From Christensenellaceae bacterium (GTDB lineage Bacteria > Bacillota > Clostridia > Christensenellales > CAG-138), in NCBI GenBank assembly GCA_963667195.1, contig OY762962.1:162896-226895 (forward strand): 64,000 nt of DNA, given 5' to 3'. Shown piece after piece: positions 19,651 through 29,428 of the stretch (within the stretch, counting starts at the first letter, position 1; every line of letters begins with the position of its first letter). The notes beneath the pieces were generated by a model, which had not been told where the DNA came from, did no database searches, and saw only the letters and a list, made by a program, of their open reading frames with translations. Both the position numbers and the translations under genes were made by a program.

Positions 19651-20492
19651 TGAAACGGGATCAAGCAAGAAAATCGATTTTGACAGTGCTTTTCATCGTG
19701 ATCTGCGTGATCTACCTCATGCCGGTCTTCACGGTGCTGATGAACTCGTTCAAGACCAACGCCTCCATCAACACCAACACATTCGCGTTTCCGAATGCGC
19801 AGACGTTCACCGGAACCAGCAACTATGTCAACGGCATCAACGTCGGCGAATACCCGTTCCTCAAGTCCGCGGGCTACAGCCTGCTGATTACGATCACCTC
19901 CTCCGCGCTGATCCTCGTTTGCACCTCGATGGCTGCGTGGTATATTTCACGCGTCAACAGCATTTTTGCGCGGATCGTCTACTACCTGTGTGTCTTTTCG
20001 ATGGTGGTTCCGTTCCAGATGGTCATGTTCACGCTGGCAAAAACCGCCAATGTGCTGCATCTGGATACACCGTTTACGATTCCCGTCATCTACCTCGGCT
20101 TTGGCGCGGGGCTGGCCGTCTTCATGTTCGCGGGCTTTGTCAAAGGCATCCCGCTGGAGATTGAGGAAGCCGCGGCAATCGACGGCTGCGGGCCGCTGCG
20201 CACGTTTTTCCTCGTCGTCTTCCCGATGCTCAAGCCGGTGATGATCTCCGTTGGCGTGCTTGAGATCATGTGGATCTGGAACGACTACCTGCTGCCCTAT
20301 CTCGTGCTGGATCGCACCAAGTACAAGACTATTCCGATTCACATTCAATATCTGCAAGGCTCCTACGGTCATGTGGATCTGGGTGCCGTCATGGCGCTCA
20401 TCGTCATCAGCATCATACCTATTGTCGTGTTCTATCTCACCGCGCAGAAATACATCATCAAGGGCGTGGTCGAGGGCGCTGTCAAGGGTTAA
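19650..20492 (+). CDS. Carbohydrate ABC transporter permease (MalG-like)
   Basis: EEAAAIDG loop, WNDYLLP, C-terminal GAVKG; TAATG coupling with the upstream gene. Confidence 0.92.
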   Translation: MKRDQARKSILTVLFIVICVIYLMPVFTVLMNSFKTNASINTNTFAFPNAQTFTGTSNYVNGINVGEYPFLKSAGYSLLITITSSALILVCTSMAAWYISRVNSIFARIVYYLCVFSMVVPFQMVMFTLAKTANVLHLDTPFTIPVIYLGFGAGLAVFMFAGFVKGIPLEIEEAAAIDGCGPLRTFFLVVFPMLKPVMISVGVLEIMWIWNDYLLPYLVLDRTKYKTIPIHIQYLQGSYGHVDLGAVMALIVISIIPIVVFYLTAQKYIIKGVVEGAVKG

Positions 20493-20619
20493 TACGCTCG
20501 AAAACCAATCGTTTGGGGAGCAAAGAGTGCCTCCCTTGCTTGAATTTGCGCACTTTCTGTTGCGATTCAGGCGAAACGCGATATAATGAAACGAAATTTA
20601 TGAGAATCGGTGCAATGTT

Positions 20620-22107
20620 ATGAAACGTTCATCCGGCATTTTGATGCATATATCATCGCTGCCCTGCCCTTACGGCATCGGCACGTTCGGGAAGGCCGCG
20701 TATGATTTTGTCGATCAGCTCGTGTGCGCGGGCCAGCACTACTGGCAGGTGCTTCCGCTCGGGCCGACCAGCTATGGTGACTCGCCTTACCAATCGTTCT
20801 CCGCGTTTGCGGGAAATCCATATTTCATCGATCTCGACATGCTCGCGGACGAAGGGCTCCTCGATCGCGACTGGATCGCATCCATTCAGTGGGGCTATGG
20901 CGAACGGCAAGTCGATTACGGCACGATTTTCGAGCAGCGCTTCCCCGTACTCCGCGCGGCATTTTCGCGCGCAAAGGAGAACTGGGATCACATGCAGGCG
21001 CTCGATCAATTCGCCGCCGAAAACGCCGACTGGCTGAACGATTATGCGCTGTTTATGGCGCTCAAGGACGAAAACGGCGGCGTCGCCTGGGAAAACTGGC
21101 CGTACGAGCTGCGCATGCGCGAGGAATGGGCGCTTTCCTCCGCGCGGGAACGCCTCGGCGAGAGCATGCGATTCTACCAATATCTGCAATACCTCTTTTA
21201 TCGGCAGTGGACAAAGCTCCGCGCCTACGCGAACGAGCGGGAAATCAGGATCGTCGGCGATCTGCCGATCTACGTTCCGCTCGACTCCGCGGATGTCTGG
21301 AGTGCGCCGCAGGAGTTCCAGCTCGACGAACAGCGCCATCCGCGCTGCGTCGCGGGCGTTCCGCCGGACTATTTCTCCGCGGACGGGCAACTTTGGGGTA
21401 ACCCGATCTACGATTGGGACTATATGAAGCAGACCGGCTACGCGTGGTGGATGCGCCGCATGCGCTCCGCCTGCACCCTGTTTGACTGCGTGCGCATCGA
21501 CCACTTCCGCGGGCTCTCCTCCTACTGGAGCGTTGCCGCGGATGCAAAGACCGCGCGGGATGGCGAATGGGTGCTTGGCCCGGGCGCGGACTTTGTGGAT
21601 CGGCTGAAGGAGTCGTTCCCCGGGTTCGAGATCATCGCCGAAGATCTGGGCTTCTTGACCGACGAGGTGCGGCTGCTGCTCAAAGGCAGCGGATTCCCCG
21701 GCATGAAGGTGCTCCAGTTTGCCTTCGACGCGCGGGAACCCAGCAACTATCTGCCGCACACCTACGGACGCCACTGCGTCTGCTACGCGGGCACGCACGA
21801 CAACACCACGGTGGCATCGTGGTTCGACGAGGCCGATCCCGCGGATGCCGCGTTCTCCGTGCGCTATCTCGGGCTCAATACGGAGGAAGGTTACGTTTGG
21901 GGCATGCTGCGCGGCGGTATGGGCTCGGTTGCCGATCTCTTTGTCGCGCAGATGCAGGATTATCTCGAGCTTGGCAAGGACGCGCGCATGAACATTCCCG
22001 GCACGCTCGGCGGCAACAACTGGAAATGGCGCCTCCTGGCCGGCGAGGTCACCGATGAACTGATCGAGAAAATCAGCGCGATGACGAAGATGTACGGAAG
22101 GATATAA
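20620..22107 (+). CDS. malQ: 4-alpha-glucanotransferase (amylomaltase, GH77)
   Basis: SGILMHISSLP, WQVLPL, GVPPDYFS, GQLWGNP, RIDHFRG, AEDLG, THDN, RMNIPG. Confidence 0.96.
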   Translation: MKRSSGILMHISSLPCPYGIGTFGKAAYDFVDQLVCAGQHYWQVLPLGPTSYGDSPYQSFSAFAGNPYFIDLDMLADEGLLDRDWIASIQWGYGERQVDYGTIFEQRFPVLRAAFSRAKENWDHMQALDQFAAENADWLNDYALFMALKDENGGVAWENWPYELRMREEWALSSARERLGESMRFYQYLQYLFYRQWTKLRAYANEREIRIVGDLPIYVPLDSADVWSAPQEFQLDEQRHPRCVAGVPPDYFSADGQLWGNPIYDWDYMKQTGYAWWMRRMRSACTLFDCVRIDHFRGLSSYWSVAADAKTARDGEWVLGPGADFVDRLKESFPGFEIIAEDLGFLTDEVRLLLKGSGFPGMKVLQFAFDAREPSNYLPHTYGRHCVCYAGTHDNTTVASWFDEADPADAAFSVRYLGLNTEEGYVWGMLRGGMGSVADLFVAQMQDYLELGKDARMNIPGTLGGNNWKWRLLAGEVTDELIEKISAMTKMYGRI

Positions 22108-22117
22108 CGAGAGCAAC

Positions 22118-22153
22118 AAAAAAACGGAACCGCTCAAACGGTTCCGTTTTTTT
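22118..22153. terminator. Bidirectional terminator
   Basis: AAAAAAACGGAACCG...CGGTTCCGTTTTTTT between convergent genes. Confidence 0.85.
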
Positions 22154-22163
22154 GTGCCCTGTT

Positions 22164-23006
22164 TTATGCTTTCTTTTTCAAGGGAATCCAGACTTCGCTG
22201 TAATAGTCCGGCGAGGTCGTGTCGCCATCGGAGTACATCTCAATTTCGACATACTCTGCGACCTCGTAAGTGCCGTTGGTCGGCAGCCACTCGGAGTAGA
22301 TCTGCTTGGTCACGCTTTGAATCGATCCCGGCATGGGACCTCTGCATGCAAAGCGCGCCCAGAGATGCGCGGGGATTTCGCGAACGCTCATCCCTTCCGG
22401 CACTTCCTTGCCGGGAGCCAGCAGCTCGGCGATCATATACGGGAAGTTTCCCTTCTCGTCCGCGTCAAAGCAGACGCCGAACATCGGCACGATCTTCTCC
22501 TGCAAGCCCTGCGTGAAGAACGTGTCCCAGAATTTCGGGATCTCCTGCAGGTTTGAGGACATGTGAAAGGTTTTCTCAAGGCCTACCACCTTGAATGCGT
22601 CCATCTGTTCAATCTTGTAATCCATTCGTGTTGCGCCCTCCATCTGAATCGATATGGCAAGCGGGTTCTGGCAACGCAGCAGCGTACTCATTCTGCGCGC
22701 AATCGTGGGTGTTACCCCATGAAAGCGCGTGAACGCCTTGGTGAAGCTTTCCGGCGTGTCGTAGCCGTACTTCAGCGCAAGATCGATCACCTTTGCGTCG
22801 CCTGCAATGAGCTCCTGCGCCGCGAGCGTGAGCCTGCGCGCACGGATGTACTCGCTCACGCTCATGCCGGTGAGCGAAGCGAACGTCCGCTCCAGATAGA
22901 AGCGCGAGAGACCAACGTGCCTTGCCGCCTTCTCGCTGTCCGCGTCTTCCAAAAGATGCTGCTCCAGGTATTGCAGCGAGGCATTCAGCGTTTCAATCAG
23001 CTCCAA
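22164..23006 (-). CDS. AraC family regulator with C-terminal GyrI-like effector domain
   Basis: EYIRARRL, YGYDTPESFTKAF.RFHG, IYSEWLP, EVWIP; TTG start after GGAGG. Confidence 0.92.
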   Translation of the reverse strand: MELIETLNASLQYLEQHLLEDADSEKAARHVGLSRFYLERTFASLTGMSVSEYIRARRLTLAAQELIAGDAKVIDLALKYGYDTPESFTKAFTRFHGVTPTIARRMSTLLRCQNPLAISIQMEGATRMDYKIEQMDAFKVVGLEKTFHMSSNLQEIPKFWDTFFTQGLQEKIVPMFGVCFDADEKGNFPYMIAELLAPGKEVPEGMSVREIPAHLWARFACRGPMPGSIQSVTKQIYSEWLPTNGTYEVAEYVEIEMYSDGDTTSPDYYSEVWIPLKKKA

Positions 23007-23114
23007 GTGCGTCCTCCCTCTCTGCGTCGCTTTGCGCTGTCGTTTTCCACTTACAAAGAGATTGTATCAGGTGGGTTCGCGCGCTTCCTGTCTTTTCTTG
23101 TCACGATTTGTCCG

Positions 23115-23717
23115 CTAGCTCGCGGGTTCGTAAACGATCTCCTGCGTGCCCTCCTCCAGAAGGCGCGCCGCGGCGTCGGGCTGGTTGAGCCAGGCTTCCC
23201 GCTGCTCCGGCGGCAATATCAGCGGCATGCGATCATGGATAAACGAAATCCCCTGCGACGCGGGTGCGGTGAGGATCACGAACACAGGAGTATCCGATCC
23301 CACCTCGGAACGATACAACCCCGCGAAGGTGAAGAGTCCCTCTTTCGCGGGGCGTAGTTTGTATTTGATCTTCTGTTTTTCGCGCGTTTCCCATTCGAAA
23401 TACGCGCTCGCGGGAATCAGGCAGCGCCCGGACTGCGCGGTTTGCGCCTGCGTGAGCATCGGCGCGCGAAACATCGACTTTTCCAGCACGGATTCGCTTC
23501 TGGCGTTGATGACCTTTCCCTTGCCGTCAAAGCGGGCAAATCCCCAGCGCATCGCGCGCGGGCCTGTTGCATTCAGCGCCGCGACCTGATCCGTCGGAAA
23601 CACTTCGCCGTTTTTCAGCATAAGTAAGCCCGCCTCGCGCTCACTCCGGAGATAGAGCATAGCGAGCATTTCGCGATATTGCGCGTCGTCAAAGTCCGTA
23701 TAAAACCGTCCGCACAT
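23115..23717 (-). CDS. SRAP family abasic-site protection protein (YedK/HMCES-like)
   Basis: N-terminal MCGRF, MRWG, INARSES, RCLIPA, FEW, IHDRMPLIL. Confidence 0.92.
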   Translation of the reverse strand: MCGRFYTDFDDAQYREMLAMLYLRSEREAGLLMLKNGEVFPTDQVAALNATGPRAMRWGFARFDGKGKVINARSESVLEKSMFRAPMLTQAQTAQSGRCLIPASAYFEWETREKQKIKYKLRPAKEGLFTFAGLYRSEVGSDTPVFVILTAPASQGISFIHDRMPLILPPEQREAWLNQPDAAARLLEEGTQEIVYEPAS

Positions 23718-23739
23718 CGCTCGAATTCTCCTTTTTGGT

Positions 23740-24192
23740 TTAACCGAGCCAGAGCCCGATACATATACCCATAATCGAACCGATCAGCACCTGCAGCGGC
23801 GTGTGTCCAATCAGCTCCTTGAGCTCCCAATTCGGCAGTTCCAGAATCTTTCCTTCCTTGAGCAGATGATCCACAATCGCGGTGATGGTCACCGCCTGCT
23901 TGCCCGCTTCCTGACGCACGCCGCGCGCATCGTGCAGCACGACGGACGAGAGCACAAACGAGATCGCAAACTCAAACGACCCGAGCCCAAACTGCATCGC
24001 AACCGCGGTGGTCAGCGCGCAGACCGTCGCCGCGTGGGAGCTCGGCATGCCGCCGCTGCCCACGAGCCGCTCAAACTTGAACTCGCGGTTGACGATGGTA
24101 TAAAGAATCGCCTTGATCGCCTGCGCAATCGCCCAGGCAACCAGCGCCGCAATCAGAATTCTATTGTTCAAAAAGTCCTGTAAGTAATGCAT
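23740..24192 (-). CDS. Divergent PAP2 family protein (DUF212-like)
   Basis: SGGMPSSHAA, DARGVRQEAGKQA, LKELIGHTPLQV. Confidence 0.9.
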   Translation of the reverse strand: MHYLQDFLNNRILIAALVAWAIAQAIKAILYTIVNREFKFERLVGSGGMPSSHAATVCALTTAVAMQFGLGSFEFAISFVLSSVVLHDARGVRQEAGKQAVTITAIVDHLLKEGKILELPNWELKELIGHTPLQVLIGSIMGICIGLWLG

Positions 24193-24434
24193 ATTGATCC
24201 ATCACATTCCTTGCGTCTTTCCGCGTGTAACAAACATCACGGCTCAATCATTGTACAAAATTGCGACGGGAAATACAATATTCTCGCCGGAGCGGTGCGG
24301 GTTTTTGCAAAGACTCGTCCGCTGAATCCGGGCAGCTTGATTTCCCTGTATTCGTATCGAAAAAGATCAAAGAATTGTAAAATTCGGCACCCTACATCCT
24401 TGACAGGTATCTGTATATCCCTTACGCTTAATGA

Positions 24435-25727
24435 ATGAAAAAACGATTACTTTCAATCACCGCTTTGGTGCTGATGCTCGGCGTTTGCCTGCTGCCCGCG
24501 TTCACGACAGCGCACGCCGAAGAGAGCGCTCCAACGAGCCTTAGCTTTGGCAGCGACGGCACGTTTACCGTGCTCATCCTCTCCGATTTGCAGGATACGC
24601 AGTTTACGACAAAGCTCGTCGTAAGCGGCGAGACGAACGTGCTAAAGGACTATCCCGCCGATCTGATCGTGCTGCTTGGCGATCAGTTGGAGGGCCCAAG
24701 CCCCGTGCTTCGCCTGGGTAATGGCGCGAAAAACTGCGAAGATACGCTGCGCACGCTGCTTGCTCCCGTCGCGAAAAGCGGCATCCCGTTCGTGGTCGTC
24801 TTTGGCAACCACGACTATGAAGCGCCGCTATCCATCGCAGAGCAGGTGAAGATTTACGAGAGCTACGATAACTGCCTTGCGGTTTCCTTTGGCAAGGATT
24901 CCACCAAGGACGGCGCCTTCGTGCTTCCAATCAAGCTGTATAACAGCGATGTCGTCGATATGGCGCTGTATTTCTTCGATTCCGGCTCCTACATCGCAAA
25001 CGGGGACTACGACACCGTCTCGAAAGAGCAGGTCGCCTGGTACAACGAGCAGAGCGCCGCGTTCAAGGCCGCAAACGATGGTCAGGCGCTTCCCTCCGCC
25101 GCGTTTTGCCATATTCCCCTGCCGGAAGTATATAACCTCCTCACCGAAGTGCCCAAGGGAACCAAGGGCGCGTTCAAGGGGGTTGGCGTCGGAGCAGGCA
25201 AGTATTATTTGCCCAACGAGGACAAGATCTTCACCGGAGCCGTCAATGAAGCGCCCTGCCCTTCCAGCGAGAACAACGGCCTCTTTGACGCCTATCTTGC
25301 CAACGGTGATGTGTTCCTGACCGTGAATGGACACGACCACGTCAACTCGTTTATCGGCAGCGTGGAAGGCATCGATATCGCAAGCGCCCCGGGCAGCAGC
25401 TATACGAGCTATGGCAATCCGGATGTTCGCGGCGTGCGGCTGTTCCGCTTCACGGAATTCAACGTGCGGGATTACGAAACGCTCCACGTGCTATACAGCG
25501 ACTATAACACGCCCGCAAGCTTCGGTTATCTTCGCTACTATTTCAGCACCACCACGGGCATCTACAACGCCATCAAGGTGGTTCTGAGCATCCTCATCGT
25601 AGTCGTCGCGATCGTCGTGACCATCATCGTCGTGACTGTCCGCAAGAAGCGGCGCAAAGCATCCGCAGCCGTTCTCCCCGCAGAAGCGAAGGACGAAAGC
25701 GCGGTTGAAGCCGAGAAAAAAGAATAA
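24435..25727 (+). CDS. Membrane-anchored extracellular metallophosphoesterase
   Basis: Signal peptide; calcineurin-like motifs SDLQ, GDQ, FGNHD, HIP, GHDH; C-terminal TM with basic tail. Confidence 0.85.
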   Translation: MKKRLLSITALVLMLGVCLLPAFTTAHAEESAPTSLSFGSDGTFTVLILSDLQDTQFTTKLVVSGETNVLKDYPADLIVLLGDQLEGPSPVLRLGNGAKNCEDTLRTLLAPVAKSGIPFVVVFGNHDYEAPLSIAEQVKIYESYDNCLAVSFGKDSTKDGAFVLPIKLYNSDVVDMALYFFDSGSYIANGDYDTVSKEQVAWYNEQSAAFKAANDGQALPSAAFCHIPLPEVYNLLTEVPKGTKGAFKGVGVGAGKYYLPNEDKIFTGAVNEAPCPSSENNGLFDAYLANGDVFLTVNGHDHVNSFIGSVEGIDIASAPGSSYTSYGNPDVRGVRLFRFTEFNVRDYETLHVLYSDYNTPASFGYLRYYFSTTTGIYNAIKVVLSILIVVVAIVVTIIVVTVRKKRRKASAAVLPAEAKDESAVEAEKKE

Positions 25728-25751
25728 GCTTCTCGCACAAATCATTGGATC

Positions 25752-25782
25752 AAAAAAATCCGCCCATACGGGCGGATTTTTT
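25752..25782. terminator. Bidirectional terminator
   Basis: AAAAAAATCCGCCC-ATAC-GGGCGGATTTTTT. Confidence 0.85.
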
Positions 25783-25800
25783 GATTGCACTTTCTACGGA

Positions 25801-26667
25801 TTACGGAATCTCGATGTCGTTGAGTTCCGCCTGCGCGGTCACCAGCGCAACGTCTTCCATGTTCCGCTCGTAGAAATTCACGATGCAGTGCATCGGGCAG
25901 ACGGGAATGCACGCGCCGCAGCGGGTGCAGGTTGTTTCGTCGATGATGGCAACGCCTTTAACCACCTTGATGGATTCCGAATCGCACGCCTTTTCGCAGC
26001 GCTTGCAGCCGACGCAGGCGGTCTTGCATTGCAGCACGGCGCGCTTGCCGGTCGCCTCGTTGCGGCACATCACCACGACGGTTTGATCCTTCGGCAGCAT
26101 CGTAATGATGTTGCGCGGGCAAACATCCACGCACATGCCGCAGCCGGTGCAGGCGTCGTCGTCAATCACCGCGATGCCGTCCACCATCTTAATCGCGCCA
26201 AACGCGCAGACAGACAGGCACTCGCCAAAGCCCACGCAGCCGAACTCGCAGGCATTTGGGCCGCCCGCGATTCCGCTGACCGCGCGGCAGGAAGGAACGC
26301 CGCTGTATTCATAGCGCGTGGTGACCCGCTCACAGGTGCCCTGGCAGCGAACGCGCGCCACCATCGGCTCCTGCGCTTCCGCATCCACACCCATGATCGC
26401 AGCGATCGCCTTGACCGTTTTCGCGCCGCCGGGCGTGCAGGCGTTTGCCTTCGCGTCCCCGCGCACAACCGCCTCGGAATACGCGTCGCACCCGGCATAG
26501 CCGCAGGCACCGCAGTTCGCGCCGGCTACTGCCGCGCGCACCGCGCTCACGCGATCGTCCACCTCGACCGCGAACTTCTTATCCGCAAGCCCCAGCACGA
26601 CTCCAAAGAGGATGCCCAGTCCGCCCAGCGCCAGCACAGCATAGAGTATCGGCAGATATTGCGCCAT
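25801..26667 (-). CDS. rnfB: Rnf complex subunit B (polyferredoxin)
   Basis: N-terminal TM, GANCGACGYAGC, several CxxCxxCxxxCP motifs. Confidence 0.93.
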   Translation of the reverse strand: MAQYLPILYAVLALGGLGILFGVVLGLADKKFAVEVDDRVSAVRAAVAGANCGACGYAGCDAYSEAVVRGDAKANACTPGGAKTVKAIAAIMGVDAEAQEPMVARVRCQGTCERVTTRYEYSGVPSCRAVSGIAGGPNACEFGCVGFGECLSVCAFGAIKMVDGIAVIDDDACTGCGMCVDVCPRNIITMLPKDQTVVVMCRNEATGKRAVLQCKTACVGCKRCEKACDSESIKVVKGVAIIDETTCTRCGACIPVCPMHCIVNFYERNMEDVALVTAQAELNDIEIP

Positions 26668-26670
26668 GAC

Positions 26671-27267
26671 TTACATCACCCCCGCAAACATGTTCGAGAA
26701 TCCCAGAAACGCGATGCTCATGAGCCCCGCGATGACCAGCGAGATCGGAAATCCCTTGAGCGCGGGCGCGATCTTCGCGGTCTCGAGCCGCTCCCGAACG
26801 CCCGCCATCAGCACGATCGCAAGCAGGAAGCCCAGCGCGCCAAACGTGCCGTTGAGCACCGAATAGAGCAGGTTGTAGCCCTGCGTGATGTTGAGGATCG
26901 TCACGCCCAGCACGGCGCAGTTGGTCGTGATCAGCGGCAGATAGATGCCCAGCGCGCCATAGAGAGACGGCGCGGATTTCTTGAGAAACATCTCCACCAC
27001 CTGCACGAGCGAGGCGATGACGAGAATAAACGCGATGGTGTTGAGGTACGCCAGGTTGAGCGGGATGAGCACGTAGTAGTACACAAAATACGTAAACAGG
27101 CTCGCCAGCGCCATGACGAACGTCACCGCGATGCCCATGCCAAACGCGGTCTCCACCTTGTTTGAAACGCCGAGGAACGGGCAGCAGCCGAGGAAGCGCG
27201 AGAAGATGTAGTTGTTCGTCAGCACACAGCTGAACATGAACAGGAGTATCTTGACGATGGGGTTCAT
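26671..27267 (-). CDS. rnfA: Rnf complex subunit A
   Basis: FLGCCPFLGVS, LGIYLPLITTNCAVLG. Confidence 0.95.
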   Translation of the reverse strand: MNPIVKILLFMFSCVLTNNYIFSRFLGCCPFLGVSNKVETAFGMGIAVTFVMALASLFTYFVYYYVLIPLNLAYLNTIAFILVIASLVQVVEMFLKKSAPSLYGALGIYLPLITTNCAVLGVTILNITQGYNLLYSVLNGTFGALGFLLAIVLMAGVRERLETAKIAPALKGFPISLVIAGLMSIAFLGFSNMFAGVM

Positions 27268-27893
27268 TCGCTCTTCGCCTCCTTTTTCTTGCCTTGGTGC
27301 ATGCTGATGGTGTTAAACACCGCGAGCAGCAGCCCGAACACGATGAATCCGCCCGCGGGCAGGATCAACAGCAGCATCGGCTGGTAGCCGCTTCCGATCA
27401 CGGTGTGCCCAAAGAGCGTGCCGTTGCCGAGTAGTTCGCGGATGCTGCCGATCAGCGTGAGCGCAACGGTGAAGCCGATGCCCATGCCGATGCCGTCCAC
27501 CGCGCTGTGTAAAACGGGGTTTTTACTCGCAAACGCTTCCGCGCGCGCAAGGATGATGCAGTTGACCACGATCAGCGGCAGGAAGATGCCGAGGCTTTGA
27601 TACAGGGCCGGCAGAAACGCGTTCATGAACATCTGCACCATCGTCACAAACGTGCAGATGACGATGATGAACGCCGGAATGCGAATCTTGTCCGGAATGA
27701 AGTTTCTCAGCATCGAGATGACCACGTTGGAACCAACGAGCACAAACGTCGCCGCGGCGCCCATGCCGATTCCATTGGAGGCGCTCGTCGTGACCGCCAT
27801 CGTGGGGCAGGTACCCAGCACGAGCCGGAACGTCGGGTTCTCGGTGATCAAACCGTTGAAGAATACGCTTTTGAGTGTCTGTTTGTGTTCCAT
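27264..27893 (-). CDS. rnfE: Rnf complex subunit E
   Basis: ENP, LGTCPTMAVT, PLIVVNCIILARAE, RELLG; start at ATG 27893. Confidence 0.95.
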   Translation of the reverse strand: MEHKQTLKSVFFNGLITENPTFRLVLGTCPTMAVTTSASNGIGMGAAATFVLVGSNVVISMLRNFIPDKIRIPAFIIVICTFVTMVQMFMNAFLPALYQSLGIFLPLIVVNCIILARAEAFASKNPVLHSAVDGIGMGIGFTVALTLIGSIRELLGNGTLFGHTVIGSGYQPMLLLILPAGGFIVFGLLLAVFNTISMHQGKKKEAKSE

Positions 27894-27897
27894 ATTG

Positions 27898-28449
27898 TTA
27901 TCCCTCCGTCGGCGGCGTGAGGCCCGATAGCGCAAGCACCGCGTTGTTGACCGCCGTGGTCACCGCGCGGGATGTGATGGTTGCCGAGGTGATGGCGTCG
28001 ATCTCGCCGCCATCCTTTGCCAGCGCAATTGGCGAGGATTTGCCGATGTATTGCTCCATAAACCAGGCTTCCTTGGCGCGCGCGCCGAGGCCCGCGGTCT
28101 CCGAGAAGCTGGAACCGCCGACCGAAATGCCGGTCACGACGCCATTGTTATCGGCGCCTACGGTAATCTCGATTTCACCGCCATACCCTTTGGTCAGGAT
28201 GGTTGCGGTCTTGCCGACGAGTTTCCCGCCCGCATCGTAGCCCGCAAATGCTTCCTTGAGTCCTTCCGGCGCGGTCAATGCCGTAAAGTGGTCTGCACTG
28301 GGCAGTACCGCCCTGCGCGCAGCCTCCGCGGCCTTGACCTGCTGCTCCGCAATCGCGCCCGAGGTGACCATGTTGGTCACGCCCAGCGCTAGGCCAGCAA
28401 CCGCGGCAAGCAGGAAGAGTTTCAGCCCGAGAATGATGACTTTACGCAC
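27898..28449 (-). CDS. rnfG: Rnf complex subunit G
   Basis: KGYGG, ETAGLG, FMN-attachment motif DAITSATITS. Confidence 0.92.
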   Translation of the reverse strand: MRKVIILGLKLFLLAAVAGLALGVTNMVTSGAIAEQQVKAAEAARRAVLPSADHFTALTAPEGLKEAFAGYDAGGKLVGKTATILTKGYGGEIEITVGADNNGVVTGISVGGSSFSETAGLGARAKEAWFMEQYIGKSSPIALAKDGGEIDAITSATITSRAVTTAVNNAVLALSGLTPPTEG

Positions 28450-29422
28450 GTGCCTTCACCTCCCCGTAGATTCTGCCGCGCGTGACGCGGTCGATGAGCG
28501 GAGTTAGGATGTTCATGATCAGTATCGCGTAGGTCGTGCCTTCCGGATAGCCGCCGAACGCGCGGATCAGCGCGATGAGAAGCCCCGCGCCCGCCGCGAA
28601 TATCATCTGACCCACGTGCGTCATGGGGCTTGTGACATAGTCCGTCGCCATAAATACGGCGCCGAAGAGCACGCTGCCGATCAGCACGCCCTGCAGCGGA
28701 TCGCCGCCGAAGAGCCAGGTAAAGAGCATGAAGGACGCGATCATCGTCACGGGGATGTGCCAGGTGATCGTCTTTCGAATCAGCAGGAACGCTAAGCCCA
28801 GCAGAATCGCGATCTTGCTCACCTCGCCGATGCAGCCCGGAATGCGGCCGATGAACATATCCAGCGTACTCGGCGGAACAAGTCCGTTGACCGTCGCGCC
28901 CGAAACCGCGTTTGTACCCGCATCCGCCAGCTGCTGGAAGATGGAGAGCGGCGTCGCGCTGGACACCGCGTCAAACGGGGTTACATAAGCGCTCGCGCTC
29001 ATCAGTGCGGGCCAGCTTGCGAGCAGCACCGCGCGCGCCGTGATCGCGGGGTTGACGAAGTTATCGCCAATGCCGCCGAAGAGCTGCTTGACGAGCAGAA
29101 TCGCAACCGCGCTGCCAACCACAAGCATCCACCAAGGCGCGGTGGAAGGCACGTTCATCGCGAGGATGATGCCCGTTACCACGGCGGAGAGGTCGTTGAT
29201 CGTGATCGGTCGATGGAAGAGCACCTCACTGAGGAATTCAAAGCCGACGCAGCTCACCACGCAGATGATGATCACGCGCGCGGCGTTCCAGCCAAAGAGC
29301 CAGATGCCCGCGACAACCGTCGGCATCAGCGCCGCAATGACGTCCATCATCAGCACGGCGGTCGAGTCTTTTGAGAAGATGTGCGGCGCCGCTGATACGG
29401 CAAATCGTTTCTTCGTTTCCAT
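28442..29422 (-). CDS. rnfD: Rnf complex subunit D
   Basis: KQLFGGIG.N..NPA, SSATPL, GCIGEVS, FMATDYVTSP. Confidence 0.95.
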   Translation of the reverse strand: METKKRFAVSAAPHIFSKDSTAVLMMDVIAALMPTVVAGIWLFGWNAARVIIICVVSCVGFEFLSEVLFHRPITINDLSAVVTGIILAMNVPSTAPWWMLVVGSAVAILLVKQLFGGIGDNFVNPAITARAVLLASWPALMSASAYVTPFDAVSSATPLSIFQQLADAGTNAVSGATVNGLVPPSTLDMFIGRIPGCIGEVSKIAILLGLAFLLIRKTITWHIPVTMIASFMLFTWLFGGDPLQGVLIGSVLFGAVFMATDYVTSPMTHVGQMIFAAGAGLLIALIRAFGGYPEGTTYAILIMNILTPLIDRVTRGRIYGEVKARA

Positions 29423-29428
29423 ATTGCG

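Noticed and set aside
23115-23740. SRAP gene as a marker of a prophage or SOS cassette
   Set aside because: No phage genes, error-prone polymerase or clear LexA box nearby.
25705-27165. 486-aa ORF antisense to rnfB/rnfA
   Set aside because: No recognisable domain, and it fully overlaps well-supported genes.
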